The notes under the pieces: generated by a model | The model's input: only the letters and a program-made list of their open reading frames with translations | Told to the model about the DNA's origin: nothing | Databases searched by the model: none | Part shown: one piece after another, positions 18,369 through 27,422 of the stretch | Position numbering within the stretch: position 1 is the stretch's first letter | Layout of the letters: every line of letters starts with the position of its first letter | Assembly: GCA_963839945.1 (NCBI GenBank) | Contig: CAWIWW010000004.1 | Coordinates: 976,218 to 1,040,217, forward strand | Reading direction: 5' to 3' | DNA length: 64,000 nucleotides | From: an uncultured Solirubrobacterales bacterium | GTDB lineage: Bacteria; Actinomycetota; Thermoleophilia; Solirubrobacterales; Solirubrobacteraceae | Program-made: the position numbers and the translations under genes

Positions 18369-19574
18369 ATGCCATTGACGGCGACAAAGACTAAGCGCGG
18401 CGCACGGACTGCCGCCGCCAGCAGCGCGCGGAAAAAAGCCACTCCGGCGAGCACCGCCAAGCCCGCGCGTGCCTCGGCGAACGGACGCGCTTCGGCGAAC
18501 GGACTGAGCCCGGTGGCCGCGCCAGCCGCGCCCGCCGCGGCGGCAGCGGCTCGCCAGCAGGGTGGGGGGCACGGCCGGCGCCTGACGAGTGCGTTCGAAG
18601 CGCTCGAGGCGTTTCCCGCCCTGGTCGAGTCGCGCAACCGGCTGCTCTCGGCCGTCGACAAAGACAACGTCGCGACCGCCGACATCGTCACCGCCGTGGA
18701 GTCCGACGTCGCGCTGAGCATCGCCGTGCTGCGTCTGGCCAACCAGGTGCAGGGCAGCCGCGGGCGCGTGGCCACGATCGTCGCGGCCGTCGAGCTGCTG
18801 AGCGTGCAGGTCGTTCAGGCGATCGCGGGACGCGTGCGAACCTTCGACTTCTTCGAGCGATCGAGCGTTTGGGACGGGGCGCCAGAGCGCTTCCGGCTGC
18901 ACGCCCTGTCCACCCAACACGCGGCCGACCGGCTCGCTGCCGAGGTCGGCTACGAGCACCGTGACCGCCTGACCGTCACGAGCCTGCTGCACGACGTCGG
19001 CAAGCTCGTGCTGCTGCACGCCTATCCCGGCTATCCGGCGCAGGTTCACCGCGGCGCCAGGACCCCGGAGGATCGCATCCACTCCGAGCGCCGCGAGCTG
19101 GGCGTCGACCATGCGCTCGTGGGAGGCGTGCTGATCCGCCGTTGGGGTCTGCCGGGCGCGGTCGCCACCGCGGTCGAGCGCCACCACAACAGCGACATCG
19201 AAGGCGAAGTCGCGTTCGTACGCCTGGCGGACATGCTCGCCCACTACGAACAGGGCTCGACGGTGTCGCCGGGGGAGATGCTGCAGACCGCGCGCGTGCT
19301 CGGTCTCGGGCCGGACGAGCTCAGGCGTGTGATGTATGAGCTGCCGAGCACCGCCGGGCAGCGCCAGCGTCATGTCGACCCCTCACCGCTGTCCGGGCGC
19401 GAGCTGGGAGTGCTGCAACGGCTCGCCGAAGGCAAGGTCTACAAGCAGATCGCACACGAGCTGACGCTCTCCACGAGCACCGTCCGCACCCACCTGCACA
19501 ACATCTACGGCAAGCTCGGCGCGGTCGATCGCGCCCAGGCCGTTCTGATAGCGACTGAGCGCGGCTGGCTCTGA
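18369..19574 (+). CDS. HDOD-domain protein with C-terminal LuxR HTH
   Basis: DVALSIAVLRLAN, LLHDVGKLVL, DHALVGGVL..RWGLP, HH; C-terminal LSGRELGVL..LAEG...IAHELTLSTSTVRTHLHNIYGKLG. Confidence 0.9.
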   Translation: MPLTATKTKRGARTAAASSARKKATPASTAKPARASANGRASANGLSPVAAPAAPAAAAAARQQGGGHGRRLTSAFEALEAFPALVESRNRLLSAVDKDNVATADIVTAVESDVALSIAVLRLANQVQGSRGRVATIVAAVELLSVQVVQAIAGRVRTFDFFERSSVWDGAPERFRLHALSTQHAADRLAAEVGYEHRDRLTVTSLLHDVGKLVLLHAYPGYPAQVHRGARTPEDRIHSERRELGVDHALVGGVLIRRWGLPGAVATAVERHHNSDIEGEVAFVRLADMLAHYEQGSTVSPGEMLQTARVLGLGPDELRRVMYELPSTAGQRQRHVDPSPLSGRELGVLQRLAEGKVYKQIAHELTLSTSTVRTHLHNIYGKLGAVDRAQAVLIATERGWL

Positions 19575-19676
19575 GACGATCATTGGCCGGCGCGGCCTCT
19601 GCGTCCTCGGTCGCTCGCGTACGTAGTACGCCACGCTCCCTGCGTCCTTGATCCGCTTGGCCACTGACCGTCTCAG
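19571..19676 (-). repeat. Structured repeat family A, copy 2 (intergenic)
   Basis: 18-bp terminal inverted repeat (16/18) CTGAGACG...CGTCTCAG; core homologous to the argC insert. Confidence 0.85.
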
Positions 19677-19716
19677 GGCGCAGTTCCCGTAGCATCGCCT
19701 CTGGAAAAACGAAGCG

Positions 19717-20109
19717 ATGATCTCGATCACCAGCAAGTCCCCGTATGCCGTGCTCGCGCTCGCCGAGCTGGGTCGCAGCGCGGGCTCTGAGCCGGTCCCG
19801 ATCGGCGAGCTGGCGCGCAAGCGCGACGTGCCGGTGCAGTTTCTGGAGCAGCTGTTCGCGGTGCTGCGGCGCGCGGGCGTGATCAGCTCCCAGCGGGGCG
19901 TCAAGGGCGGCTATCGCTTCGCGCGCGATCCCTCCAGCGTTACGGTCCTGGAGATCGTGGAGCTGCTCGACGGGCCCCTCGGGCGGGACGCCGGCGGAGT
20001 GTTCGCCGACGCCGCCGCCGCCGCGCGCGCGGTGCTCGCACAGACCACGATCGCCGATGTGATCGAGCGCGAGTCGCACGAGGCCGGCGCGAGCATGTAT
20101 TACATATAA
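19717..20109 (+). CDS. Rrf2 family regulator (CymR-like, no Fe-S cysteines)
   Basis: YAVLALAEL, FLEQLFAVLRRAG, SQRGVKGGY, EIVELLDG, C-terminal MYYI. Confidence 0.92.
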   Translation: MISITSKSPYAVLALAELGRSAGSEPVPIGELARKRDVPVQFLEQLFAVLRRAGVISSQRGVKGGYRFARDPSSVTVLEIVELLDGPLGRDAGGVFADAAAAARAVLAQTTIADVIERESHEAGASMYYI

Positions 20110-20261
20110 ACGGGGGTCAGCGCCAGAGCCAGTTTCCCCGCAAACACTGGAGTGTCAACCGCTGGGGAACCGCTCAAAACCGTGGAACGCTGAGGTTCTC
20201 GGGATGTGGGGCCTGTGGGCGAGCTGACTGTCGGCTGTAGCAGCCGCGCTACACTTCCCAC

Positions 20262-20528
20262 ATGGCTACGACGATCGCACAACGAGAGCTGCGCAACCAC
20301 GCTGGCGCCGTGCTGCGCCGCGCGGAGGAGGGCGAGCGGTTCATCGTCACCGTGGACGGTCGCCCGACGGCCGAGCTCGGGCCGCTGGCCGGCGCCCGCG
20401 CGCCGGCGTCGCCCGAGGGTTTCGCAAAGCTCATCAAGGAGACGCCGGTCGATCCCGGCTTCGCGGCCGACATACGGAAGATGCGCGAGGAAGACGAGGC
20501 CGTGAGTGTCGATCCGTGGGCGCCTTGA
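20262..20528 (+). CDS. Phd/YefM family antitoxin
   Basis: IAQRELRNHAGAVLRRAEEGERFIVTVDGRPTAELGP. Confidence 0.9.
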   Translation: MATTIAQRELRNHAGAVLRRAEEGERFIVTVDGRPTAELGPLAGARAPASPEGFAKLIKETPVDPGFAADIRKMREEDEAVSVDPWAP

Positions 20529-20896
20529 CGGTCCTCGTGGACACGAGTATCGCCGCCGGCGACGTGCCGGGCGAGCTCGGCGAGCCGTGGGCGGTGAGCG
20601 TGATTACGATCGGCGAGCTGCACGCGGGAGTGCTGCTCGCCAAGAGCGCTCGCATTCGCGCGCGACGCCTCGCGCGGCTGACCGCGATCGTCGCCGAGGC
20701 GCCGGTGTTACCGGTCGATGGTCACGTCGCTGGGGTCTACGGCCGGTTGCGGGCGCAGACCGGGCGCAAGCCTCACAACGATCTGTGGATCGCCGCAACG
20801 GCGATCGCGCACGAGCTCGTGCTGCTCACCGCCGACGAGCGCCAAGCCGCATTACCGGGCGGGCGCGCGAGGCTCGTGAGGGGTGCCGCCGGATGA
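20525..20896 (+). CDS. VapC/PIN-domain toxin
   Basis: VLVDTS, SVITIGEL, NDLWIAATA, LLTAD; TTGA overlap with the antitoxin. Confidence 0.9.
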   Translation: MTVLVDTSIAAGDVPGELGEPWAVSVITIGELHAGVLLAKSARIRARRLARLTAIVAEAPVLPVDGHVAGVYGRLRAQTGRKPHNDLWIAATAIAHELVLLTADERQAALPGGRARLVRGAAG

Positions 20897-21470
20897 ACCA
20901 GCGCGCTCTTCAACCCGGCCGATCGCCGACGCCGCCGCCGCGTCGAGATCCACGTTCACTGGTTGGCGAGCAGCAGCCACAGCAGAAGACTACCGCGCAG
21001 CAGCAGCGGTCTTGACGCGCTCGGGTTAGAGCCGCACAAGCCCCTCCGCGACACGGACGCGTCAAATCTGAGGGTCAAGCGTGGGAAGCGCCCCGCAAGG
21101 CCCTGCGGTTACTGGCTTTTTGGCGCGTGCCGGGACCATGCCAGACGGGGGTCACTGCCTGTGGCGGGCGTCTGCATGGTCGCGACGATCGGCCTGGGAT
21201 ATAGGCTCTGGTCCTCGGTTTGCATCCCGCCATCCATGGTTCCCTCCTCGGTTTCCCTCCACGGTCCCTCGCCTAACGGCCCTGCATCTTCCCCTGAAAC
21301 ATGGTGGAACTATGAGGGAGAATTAGAGCAGACGACAGCCTGTTTGTCAAACTGAACCCTTCGCCGGCGCCCGCGCAGACCCGGAAAGCCTGAAAACACG
21401 GGCTCCAGGCGTCCTCCACAGCTGCCTCCCGGCGCGCGAGCGAGCCAGTGCTCCCCGTCTGGCATGGTCG

Positions 21471-22358
21471 GTGCATTCCCGCGCGGGCACCGGGCAGAGC
21501 ACTTCTGAGAGCGCGCGCGGCGAGGGTTTGCACGGCGCCGAGCTGGGCGAGCATAGTGCCGGTGAGCGTTACCTGCAGGCGTTCGAGCAGGCGCTTACGC
21601 GGCTGTCCGGGACGGTCTGTGAGGCGGCCGGGCGGGAGGGCTCATGGCTTGCGCGGGTGCGCGCGGGGCTGGTGGCGTTCCTGGGTTTCCTTGACGATGA
21701 GCCTGGGTGGGGTGCGCTGCTGATCCATGAGGCGCCGGTGCCGGGCGCGGTGAGTGCGCTGCGCCGCGAGCAGCGGGTGCTCGGCGTCCTGACGGGGCTG
21801 CTGGACGGCGGGAGTCCCCAGGTGGTTGGCGAGTCGCTGTCCTCTCCCGAGCTGACCTCCGAGCTTGTGATCGGCGGGGTGCTGTCGGTCATCCGCTCCC
21901 ATATGCACAACAGGCGTGAGGGCGAAACGTTCGTGGAGCTCGCGCCCTCGATGATGGCTTTCATCGCGCTGTTCTATCTCGGTCAGGCCGCGGCGCAGAC
22001 CGAGCTGTTGGGGATGTCCGCTCCCGCCCGGGAGGCGACCCTGGACTCTGCCGAGCTGCGCAGCCTGCGCCTGCCGGTGCGCCTCACGCATCGCACGATG
22101 CTGGTGTTGCGCGCGATCGCCGCGGCGCCCGGTTCGAGCAACCGTCAGATCGCGCAGATCGCGGGGTTGGGCGATGAGGGTCAGACCTCGAAGCTGCTCT
22201 CGCGGCTTGCGCAGCGCGGGGTGATCGAGAACGTCGGTGTCGGCATCGCCGGCGGCGAGCCGAACGCGTGGCGGCTCACGGCCGACGGTGAGCGCGTGCT
22301 GCGGCTGACCGGCGGTGTGGCCTCCGCGGGTTCACCCCGGCGTAGGAGCTTGACCTGA
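21471..22358 (+). CDS. Regulator with a TetR-type C-terminal helical domain fused to a winged HTH (start uncertain)
   Basis: WLARVRAGLVAFLGFLDDEP and ELVIGGV; C-terminal VLRAIAAAPGSSNRQIAQIAG...SKLLSRLAQRGVIEN...AWRLT. Confidence 0.7.
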   Translation: MHSRAGTGQSTSESARGEGLHGAELGEHSAGERYLQAFEQALTRLSGTVCEAAGREGSWLARVRAGLVAFLGFLDDEPGWGALLIHEAPVPGAVSALRREQRVLGVLTGLLDGGSPQVVGESLSSPELTSELVIGGVLSVIRSHMHNRREGETFVELAPSMMAFIALFYLGQAAAQTELLGMSAPAREATLDSAELRSLRLPVRLTHRTMLVLRAIAAAPGSSNRQIAQIAGLGDEGQTSKLLSRLAQRGVIENVGVGIAGGEPNAWRLTADGERVLRLTGGVASAGSPRRRSLT

Positions 22359-22438
22359 TGACTCCCAACCAAATCGATCCAGGGGTGCCGAGGGGCAAGC
22401 AGATCAGGATGCACCGAGCGTGGCGTGCTACGCACGCG

Positions 22439-22477
22439 TGCTGGCCGATCGGAGATCCCATCGATCTCCGATCGGTA
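22439..22477 (-). repeat. Palindromic repeat family B, copy 2 (intergenic)
   Basis: CCGATCGGAGATC-ccatc-GATCTCCGATCGG, the same stem as the pheT copy. Confidence 0.8.
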
Positions 22478-22586
22478 AGGACGCGGAGATGCGCCGCTCA
22501 TCGGTGCCCTGGCCTGGGAGAACTTTGCCGGATGGCAAGGACTAGCTAGCAGTGCAAATCGAGAAGACGAAAGGGAGTGATGGGAA

Positions 22587-23675
22587 GTGAGACATTTCAA
22601 GATCATGGGGCTGTGCCTCGTGGCCGTGTTCGCGCTGGTGGCCGTTGCGGCGAGCAGCGCGTCGGCGTCCGAACCGGAATGGGGTCACTGTCTGGCCCAG
22701 AAGCACGGCAACTACACCGAAGGCAACTGCGCGACGGTTGCCACGAAGAAGGGTGTGCCGGATCACAAGGGCCACTTTGAATGGTTAGGCGGGGGCGAAG
22801 CCCAGTGCTACGCCATGAAGCACGGCAACTACACCGAATCGGGTTGCGCCACGGTTGCCACGAAGAAGGGTGTGCCGGATCACAAGGGCCACTTCGAAAA
22901 GACCGGCGGCGGCAAATTCGAAGGTAACGGCGGCGCGGGCGTGCTGAACGCGGACGGCTACCTATGCCGCTCAGAAGAATACGCTCAGCCTCATGCTTTA
23001 CCCCGCGAACAGTGCAATGAAGGAGGATTTGAATACGGTGTAGTGGGCGTAAAAGTTGAATGCTCTAGCGAGCACGCCACCGGTGAAGCGACAGGGAGCA
23101 ACGAAGTTGTCGACATATCCGTGCGCTTCAAAGGCTGTACTACAGTCGGTGAGCCGGCTACCACACACGGTCTGCTCGCGGGGGAAATACAGGTCAATCC
23201 GTTGAAGGGCAGGCTTGGTTACATCAACAAAGCCTCTCACGAGGTTGGCGTGCTGCTCGAACCGGTCTCCGCGGGAGGCCTGTTCGCAGAATTCGAAGTG
23301 CTCAATGGGGAAGCGCTGGAGCGGGTCGGCGAGGGTAACGCCACGGAAGGTTCGTTCTACGAAGAAACGGCATCCACGGGGGACAACGGCATCATCTCTC
23401 CAATAACCCCGGTTAACCAAATGACGCACACGTTCACACAGAACTACCGGAGTGAAAGCATTTCTAACTACCCGTGCAAAGCAAAAACCTGCATAGAAGG
23501 ACCAGAAAGCCGGGCTGATCTCAATGTTCCGAGCCGGTTCGAAGGTGGGCAGCTCGAGGAGCTCGAATGGCAGCAGCAAAAGGTCGGCGAACGATGGCTG
23601 TCATCGTGGTCGCCCGCGAGCGAGGAAATCACGAACGTGAATACTGTGGAAGGAGAAGCGGAGATCAAAGGCTAG
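22587..23675 (+). CDS. Secreted Cys-containing protein with a 39-aa internal repeat
   Basis: Sec signal peptide (MRHFKIMGLCLVAVFALVAVAASSASA), purine-rich leader, repeat KHGNYTExxCATVATKKGVPDHKGHFE twice. Confidence 0.85.
   Translation: MRHFKIMGLCLVAVFALVAVAASSASASEPEWGHCLAQKHGNYTEGNCATVATKKGVPDHKGHFEWLGGGEAQCYAMKHGNYTESGCATVATKKGVPDHKGHFEKTGGGKFEGNGGAGVLNADGYLCRSEEYAQPHALPREQCNEGGFEYGVVGVKVECSSEHATGEATGSNEVVDISVRFKGCTTVGEPATTHGLLAGEIQVNPLKGRLGYINKASHEVGVLLEPVSAGGLFAEFEVLNGEALERVGEGNATEGSFYEETASTGDNGIISPITPVNQMTHTFTQNYRSESISNYPCKAKTCIEGPESRADLNVPSRFEGGQLEELEWQQQKVGERWLSSWSPASEEITNVNTVEGEAEIKG
22700..22898 (+). repeat. Intragenic direct repeat, 82 bp twice, period 117 bp
   Basis: 22700-22781 and 22817-22898 are near-identical. 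Confidence 0.9.
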
Positions 23676-23798
23676 CTAGGCAGCTGAGCGGGACGTATGC
23701 AGTCGTGCGTGGGGTCACGGAGTGTGGCCCCACGCATGTTCTCTCGCCCGTCTAGGCGCGTCACGATGTTTGAGCAGATGACAACAGGGAGGGTGAGG

Positions 23799-26700
23799 AT
23801 GTGGGTGCGGCCGCTGCTCATTTCGGTCGCGCTCGCACTTGGTGGGGCGTCGTTCTCGCCCTCCCCGGCGCTGGCTCTAAGCCAGCGTGGGCATGTCTTC
23901 AGCTTCTCGTATGGGTCGAAGGGCAAGGGGAAAGGGGAGTTCTCCGATCCCGCGGGGATCGCCGTGAACGACGCGACTGGGGATGTCTATGTCGCCGACG
24001 GCAAGAACAAGCGCGTCGAGCAGTTCGAGCCCTTGCTGAACGAAAAGGCGGAACTGGTCGGCGAGAGGTACGTGCGCTCCTTCGAAGTGCCGCATCCGTC
24101 GAGTGTCGCCGTGGATGACTCGACGGAAGCGTCGGATCCGTCCAGGGGTGATGTGTACGTGGTGGGCGCGGCCGGTCACACGCTGTACAAGTTCAGCTCC
24201 GAAGGAGTGCCGATCGGCGAACCGCTGAAGAAGTTTACTCTCGCGGAAACCGGGGTGAAGCAGAAGCTCGAAGCGGTCGAGGGCGTCGCGGTCGACCAGG
24301 CTGGCTCGCTGTTCGTCTACCAGGAAGACGGCGAGATCTACTCCTTCAACGACGCCCAATCGAACGCAGGCGAGCTCAGCATTCAGACGGGCCTCGGCGG
24401 GCTGGGCGAGCCGGGGTTCGCGCTGGACTCCGAAGATAACCTCTTCGTCGGGGTGCTGGGCGAAGGCGCCTTCCCCGTGGTGGCCAAGCTTGAAGGGATC
24501 ACGGGCAAGCCCCTGATCTCCCAGCTCGACGGGGAAGAGTCAACGGGAGTCGCCGTGAACACGGCCGACGTGTTGTCCAACGAGGTCGATGAACGAAACG
24601 ACGTGTACGTCGATAACAAGACGGCGATCGCCGAGTTCGCCCCCGAAGCCGAAGGTGAGCCAGGGCCGCTGATCCAGCGCTTCGGGGCTCCGGGGCTCGC
24701 CGCAAGCGAAGGCGTCGCCGTGGACCATCAGACAGGCGCGGTCTACGTCACCGACGCCGCCTCCGACAACGTCGAGGTCTTCGAGCTCGAACCGCCCGGT
24801 CCCCCGAGGATCGAAGACCTGTCTGTCGAGAGTGCGCCAACGCCGGCGCCCGATGCGAGGCGTGTGAGCGCCCAGGTCGAGCCCACCGGCTCAGACACCC
24901 ATTACTACTTCGAATACGGACAGACGAGCTGTGTGGCGACGCCCTCCCGGTGCACCAAGACGCCCGCGCTCCCGACTGACCTCGGTGGGGGCTTCGCCGG
25001 TCGGGAAGTGAGCCTCGAACTGACGGGCCTCGCCCCCGCCACCTACCACTACCGCGTGATCGCGGAAAGCTTGTTCGGCACGGTCGAGAGCCCCGAACGG
25101 ACGTTCCTGATCTTGGGACTGTCGAGCGGGCTGCCCGACGGGCGCGCGTGGGAGATGGTCACCCCGCCTGATAAGCACGGTGCCGCGATCGAAGCATTGA
25201 CCAGTGAGGGCGGGGCGATCCTGGCCAGCGAAGATGGGGATGCGCTGGCGTATGTCGCGAATGGCGCGATCGAAGAAGAAGTGCAGGGCAATCGCAGCTT
25301 CGAACCGCAGCAGGCGCTCGCCACCCGCGGTCCGGGTGGCTGGAGCTCGCAGGACATCGCCACGCCCAATGACCGTGGGGTGGGCGCCAATTTTGGCGCT
25401 CCGGAGTATCAGTTCTTCTCGTCCGACCTGTCGCTTGCACTGGTCGAACCATACGTCTCCGAACCGCCGCTTGCGCCAGGCGTGACGGGCAAGACGGTCT
25501 ATCTGCGCGACGATCAGCCGATCGTGCCGGAAGCTGCCGAGCAGCAGAGCTACTCAGAAGCGGAAGCGAACGCTGGCTATCTTGCGCCGGGGTTTCTGCC
25601 GCTTGTGAGCGAGGCTGACGCGCCCGAAGCGACGTTCCCCGTGGGCGTGAGCTTCCTCGACGCGACGACCGATCTGAACCATGTCGTGATCGACTCCGCT
25701 AGGGCGCTGACGGGTTCCTCCTCGGGTGCGGGCTTGTACGAGCGCTCTGAGGGGAGCACTCTGCGGTTCCTCAGCGCGTTGCCGGATGGGCAGCCGGCGC
25801 CGTCGGTGGCGCTGGGCTACTACCACACGCGGGCGCACGCGATCTCAAACGACGGGACGCGCGTGATCTGGACCGCCAGTCAGGAGTCCCCGTCGAACCT
25901 GTACATGCGCGACACCGCGACCGAAACGACCATCCAGCTCGACAAGGCGCAGCAGGGCATCACCGAACCGGTTGGCGCGGCGCGGTTCCAGAGCGCCTCG
26001 GGCGATGGTTCGCGGGTGCTCTTCACCGACTATCAGGCGCTGGTGGCGGGCGCGAGCGTGGAACCCGCCCGAGAAATAGCCGACCTGTACCAGTGCGAAA
26101 TGATCGAAACGGGCGGTGAACTGTCGTGCGCCCTGAAGGATTTGACGATCCCGGTGCGCGCGGGCGAACATGCTGCCGTGCAGGGCGCTGTGCTCGGTGA
26201 GAACGAAGACGGGTCGAGCGTCTATGTGGTTGCCAAGGGCGTGCTCGCCGTCAACGAAAACAGCAGGGGCGAAACGGCGCAGTCGGGGCTGGACAATCTG
26301 TATGAGCTGCACTATGACGGCACGGAATGGACGCGCACGTTCATCGCGGTGCTGTCCGGCGAAGACGCTCCGGACTGGGATGAGGGCGCGAACGTTTCCG
26401 ATGAAAACGCGGCGTTTCAGACCGCGCGCGTCTCCCCGAACGGGGAATACCTCGCGTTCATGTCCCAGAGCAGCCTCACGGGGTATGACAACGAAGACCT
26501 CACAAGCGAACATCCCGGCGAACGGCTCGATCAGGAGGTCTATCTCTACGATGCTCACACAGGCAGTCTCACGTGTGTGTCGTGCGATCCCTCCGGCGCG
26601 CGACCGGTCGGGGTGCTCGACCAGGAAAAGTCCGGTGAAGGCATCGGTCTGGTCGCCGACCGGCGCGAGAGCTGGCGCGGAGACTGGCTGGCAGGCAACA

Positions 26701-27422
26701 TCCCCGGCTGGACATCGGAGAGCCTCACAAACGCGCTGTACCAGTCGCGCTACCTCTCAAACGAAGGACGGCTGTTCTTCGACAGCGCCGATGCGCTGGT
26801 GCCGGGCATCGCGACACCCACCCGCGAAGAGCAGGTCAACGGCCACACGCAGAAGGTCGGCGTGGAGAACGTCTACGAGTACGAGCCATCGGGTCTCGGC
26901 AGCTGCGCAAGCGGTTCTGCTGGCGGGTGCGTGGGACTGATCTCCTCGGGCACCTCACAGAAAGAATCGGCGTTCCTTGAAGCGAGCCCGAATGGCGATG
27001 ATGTGTTCTTCCTCACCGCTGCGCAACTGTTGCCGCAGGACAGCGATGACGCGTTCGACATTTACGACGCGCGCGTCTGCAGCGCCTCCTCGCCGTGCCT
27101 GGCGCCGCCTCGGGCGTCTTCGACACCGTGTGAAGCGCCGAGTGAATGCCGGCCTGGGCCGGTGACGCTGCCTGCGCTTGCGGGACCGTCGGGCAGCGAA
27201 GCGTTCTCCGGCGCAGGGAACCTCGCCCCGACAGTGGCCAAACAGGAAGTCAAGGGCGTCAAAAAAGCGAGCCCGAAACCGTTGACGCGAGCGCACATGC
27301 TCACCAACGCTTTGAAGGCGTGCCGCAAGCAACACCCCCACTCCAAGCGCAAGCGTGGGGCTTGTGAAGCGCGCGCCAGAAAGCTTTACGGACCCGCCAA
27401 GAAGAAAGCGGGGCACAACTGA
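23799..27422 (+). CDS. Large secreted protein: NHL-type propeller, FnIII-like domain, second propeller, basic C-terminal tail
   Basis: GGGAGG RBS and signal peptide; FSDPAGIAV..TGDVYVAD repeats; THYYFEYG...LAPATYHYRV; ISNDGTRV/ASGDGSRV/VSPNGEYLAF blades. Confidence 0.85.
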   Translation: MWVRPLLISVALALGGASFSPSPALALSQRGHVFSFSYGSKGKGKGEFSDPAGIAVNDATGDVYVADGKNKRVEQFEPLLNEKAELVGERYVRSFEVPHPSSVAVDDSTEASDPSRGDVYVVGAAGHTLYKFSSEGVPIGEPLKKFTLAETGVKQKLEAVEGVAVDQAGSLFVYQEDGEIYSFNDAQSNAGELSIQTGLGGLGEPGFALDSEDNLFVGVLGEGAFPVVAKLEGITGKPLISQLDGEESTGVAVNTADVLSNEVDERNDVYVDNKTAIAEFAPEAEGEPGPLIQRFGAPGLAASEGVAVDHQTGAVYVTDAASDNVEVFELEPPGPPRIEDLSVESAPTPAPDARRVSAQVEPTGSDTHYYFEYGQTSCVATPSRCTKTPALPTDLGGGFAGREVSLELTGLAPATYHYRVIAESLFGTVESPERTFLILGLSSGLPDGRAWEMVTPPDKHGAAIEALTSEGGAILASEDGDALAYVANGAIEEEVQGNRSFEPQQALATRGPGGWSSQDIATPNDRGVGANFGAPEYQFFSSDLSLALVEPYVSEPPLAPGVTGKTVYLRDDQPIVPEAAEQQSYSEAEANAGYLAPGFLPLVSEADAPEATFPVGVSFLDATTDLNHVVIDSARALTGSSSGAGLYERSEGSTLRFLSALPDGQPAPSVALGYYHTRAHAISNDGTRVIWTASQESPSNLYMRDTATETTIQLDKAQQGITEPVGAARFQSASGDGSRVLFTDYQALVAGASVEPAREIADLYQCEMIETGGELSCALKDLTIPVRAGEHAAVQGAVLGENEDGSSVYVVAKGVLAVNENSRGETAQSGLDNLYELHYDGTEWTRTFIAVLSGEDAPDWDEGANVSDENAAFQTARVSPNGEYLAFMSQSSLTGYDNEDLTSEHPGERLDQEVYLYDAHTGSLTCVSCDPSGARPVGVLDQEKSGEGIGLVADRRESWRGDWLAGNIPGWTSESLTNALYQSRYLSNEGRLFFDSADALVPGIATPTREEQVNGHTQKVGVENVYEYEPSGLGSCASGSAGGCVGLISSGTSQKESAFLEASPNGDDVFFLTAAQLLPQDSDDAFDIYDARVCSASSPCLAPPRASSTPCEAPSECRPGPVTLPALAGPSGSEAFSGAGNLAPTVAKQEVKGVKKASPKPLTRAHMLTNALKACRKQHPHSKRKRGACEARARKLYGPAKKKAGHN

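Noticed and set aside
21109-21237. 42-codon minus-strand ORF with a GAGGAGGG RBS
   Set aside because: No recognisable motif and weak coding signal; cannot be supported.
22700-22898. Direct repeats as a CRISPR array or DGR template/variable pair
   Set aside because: Only two in-frame copies inside a CDS, differences are not adenine-specific, and no cas or reverse transcriptase gene is present.
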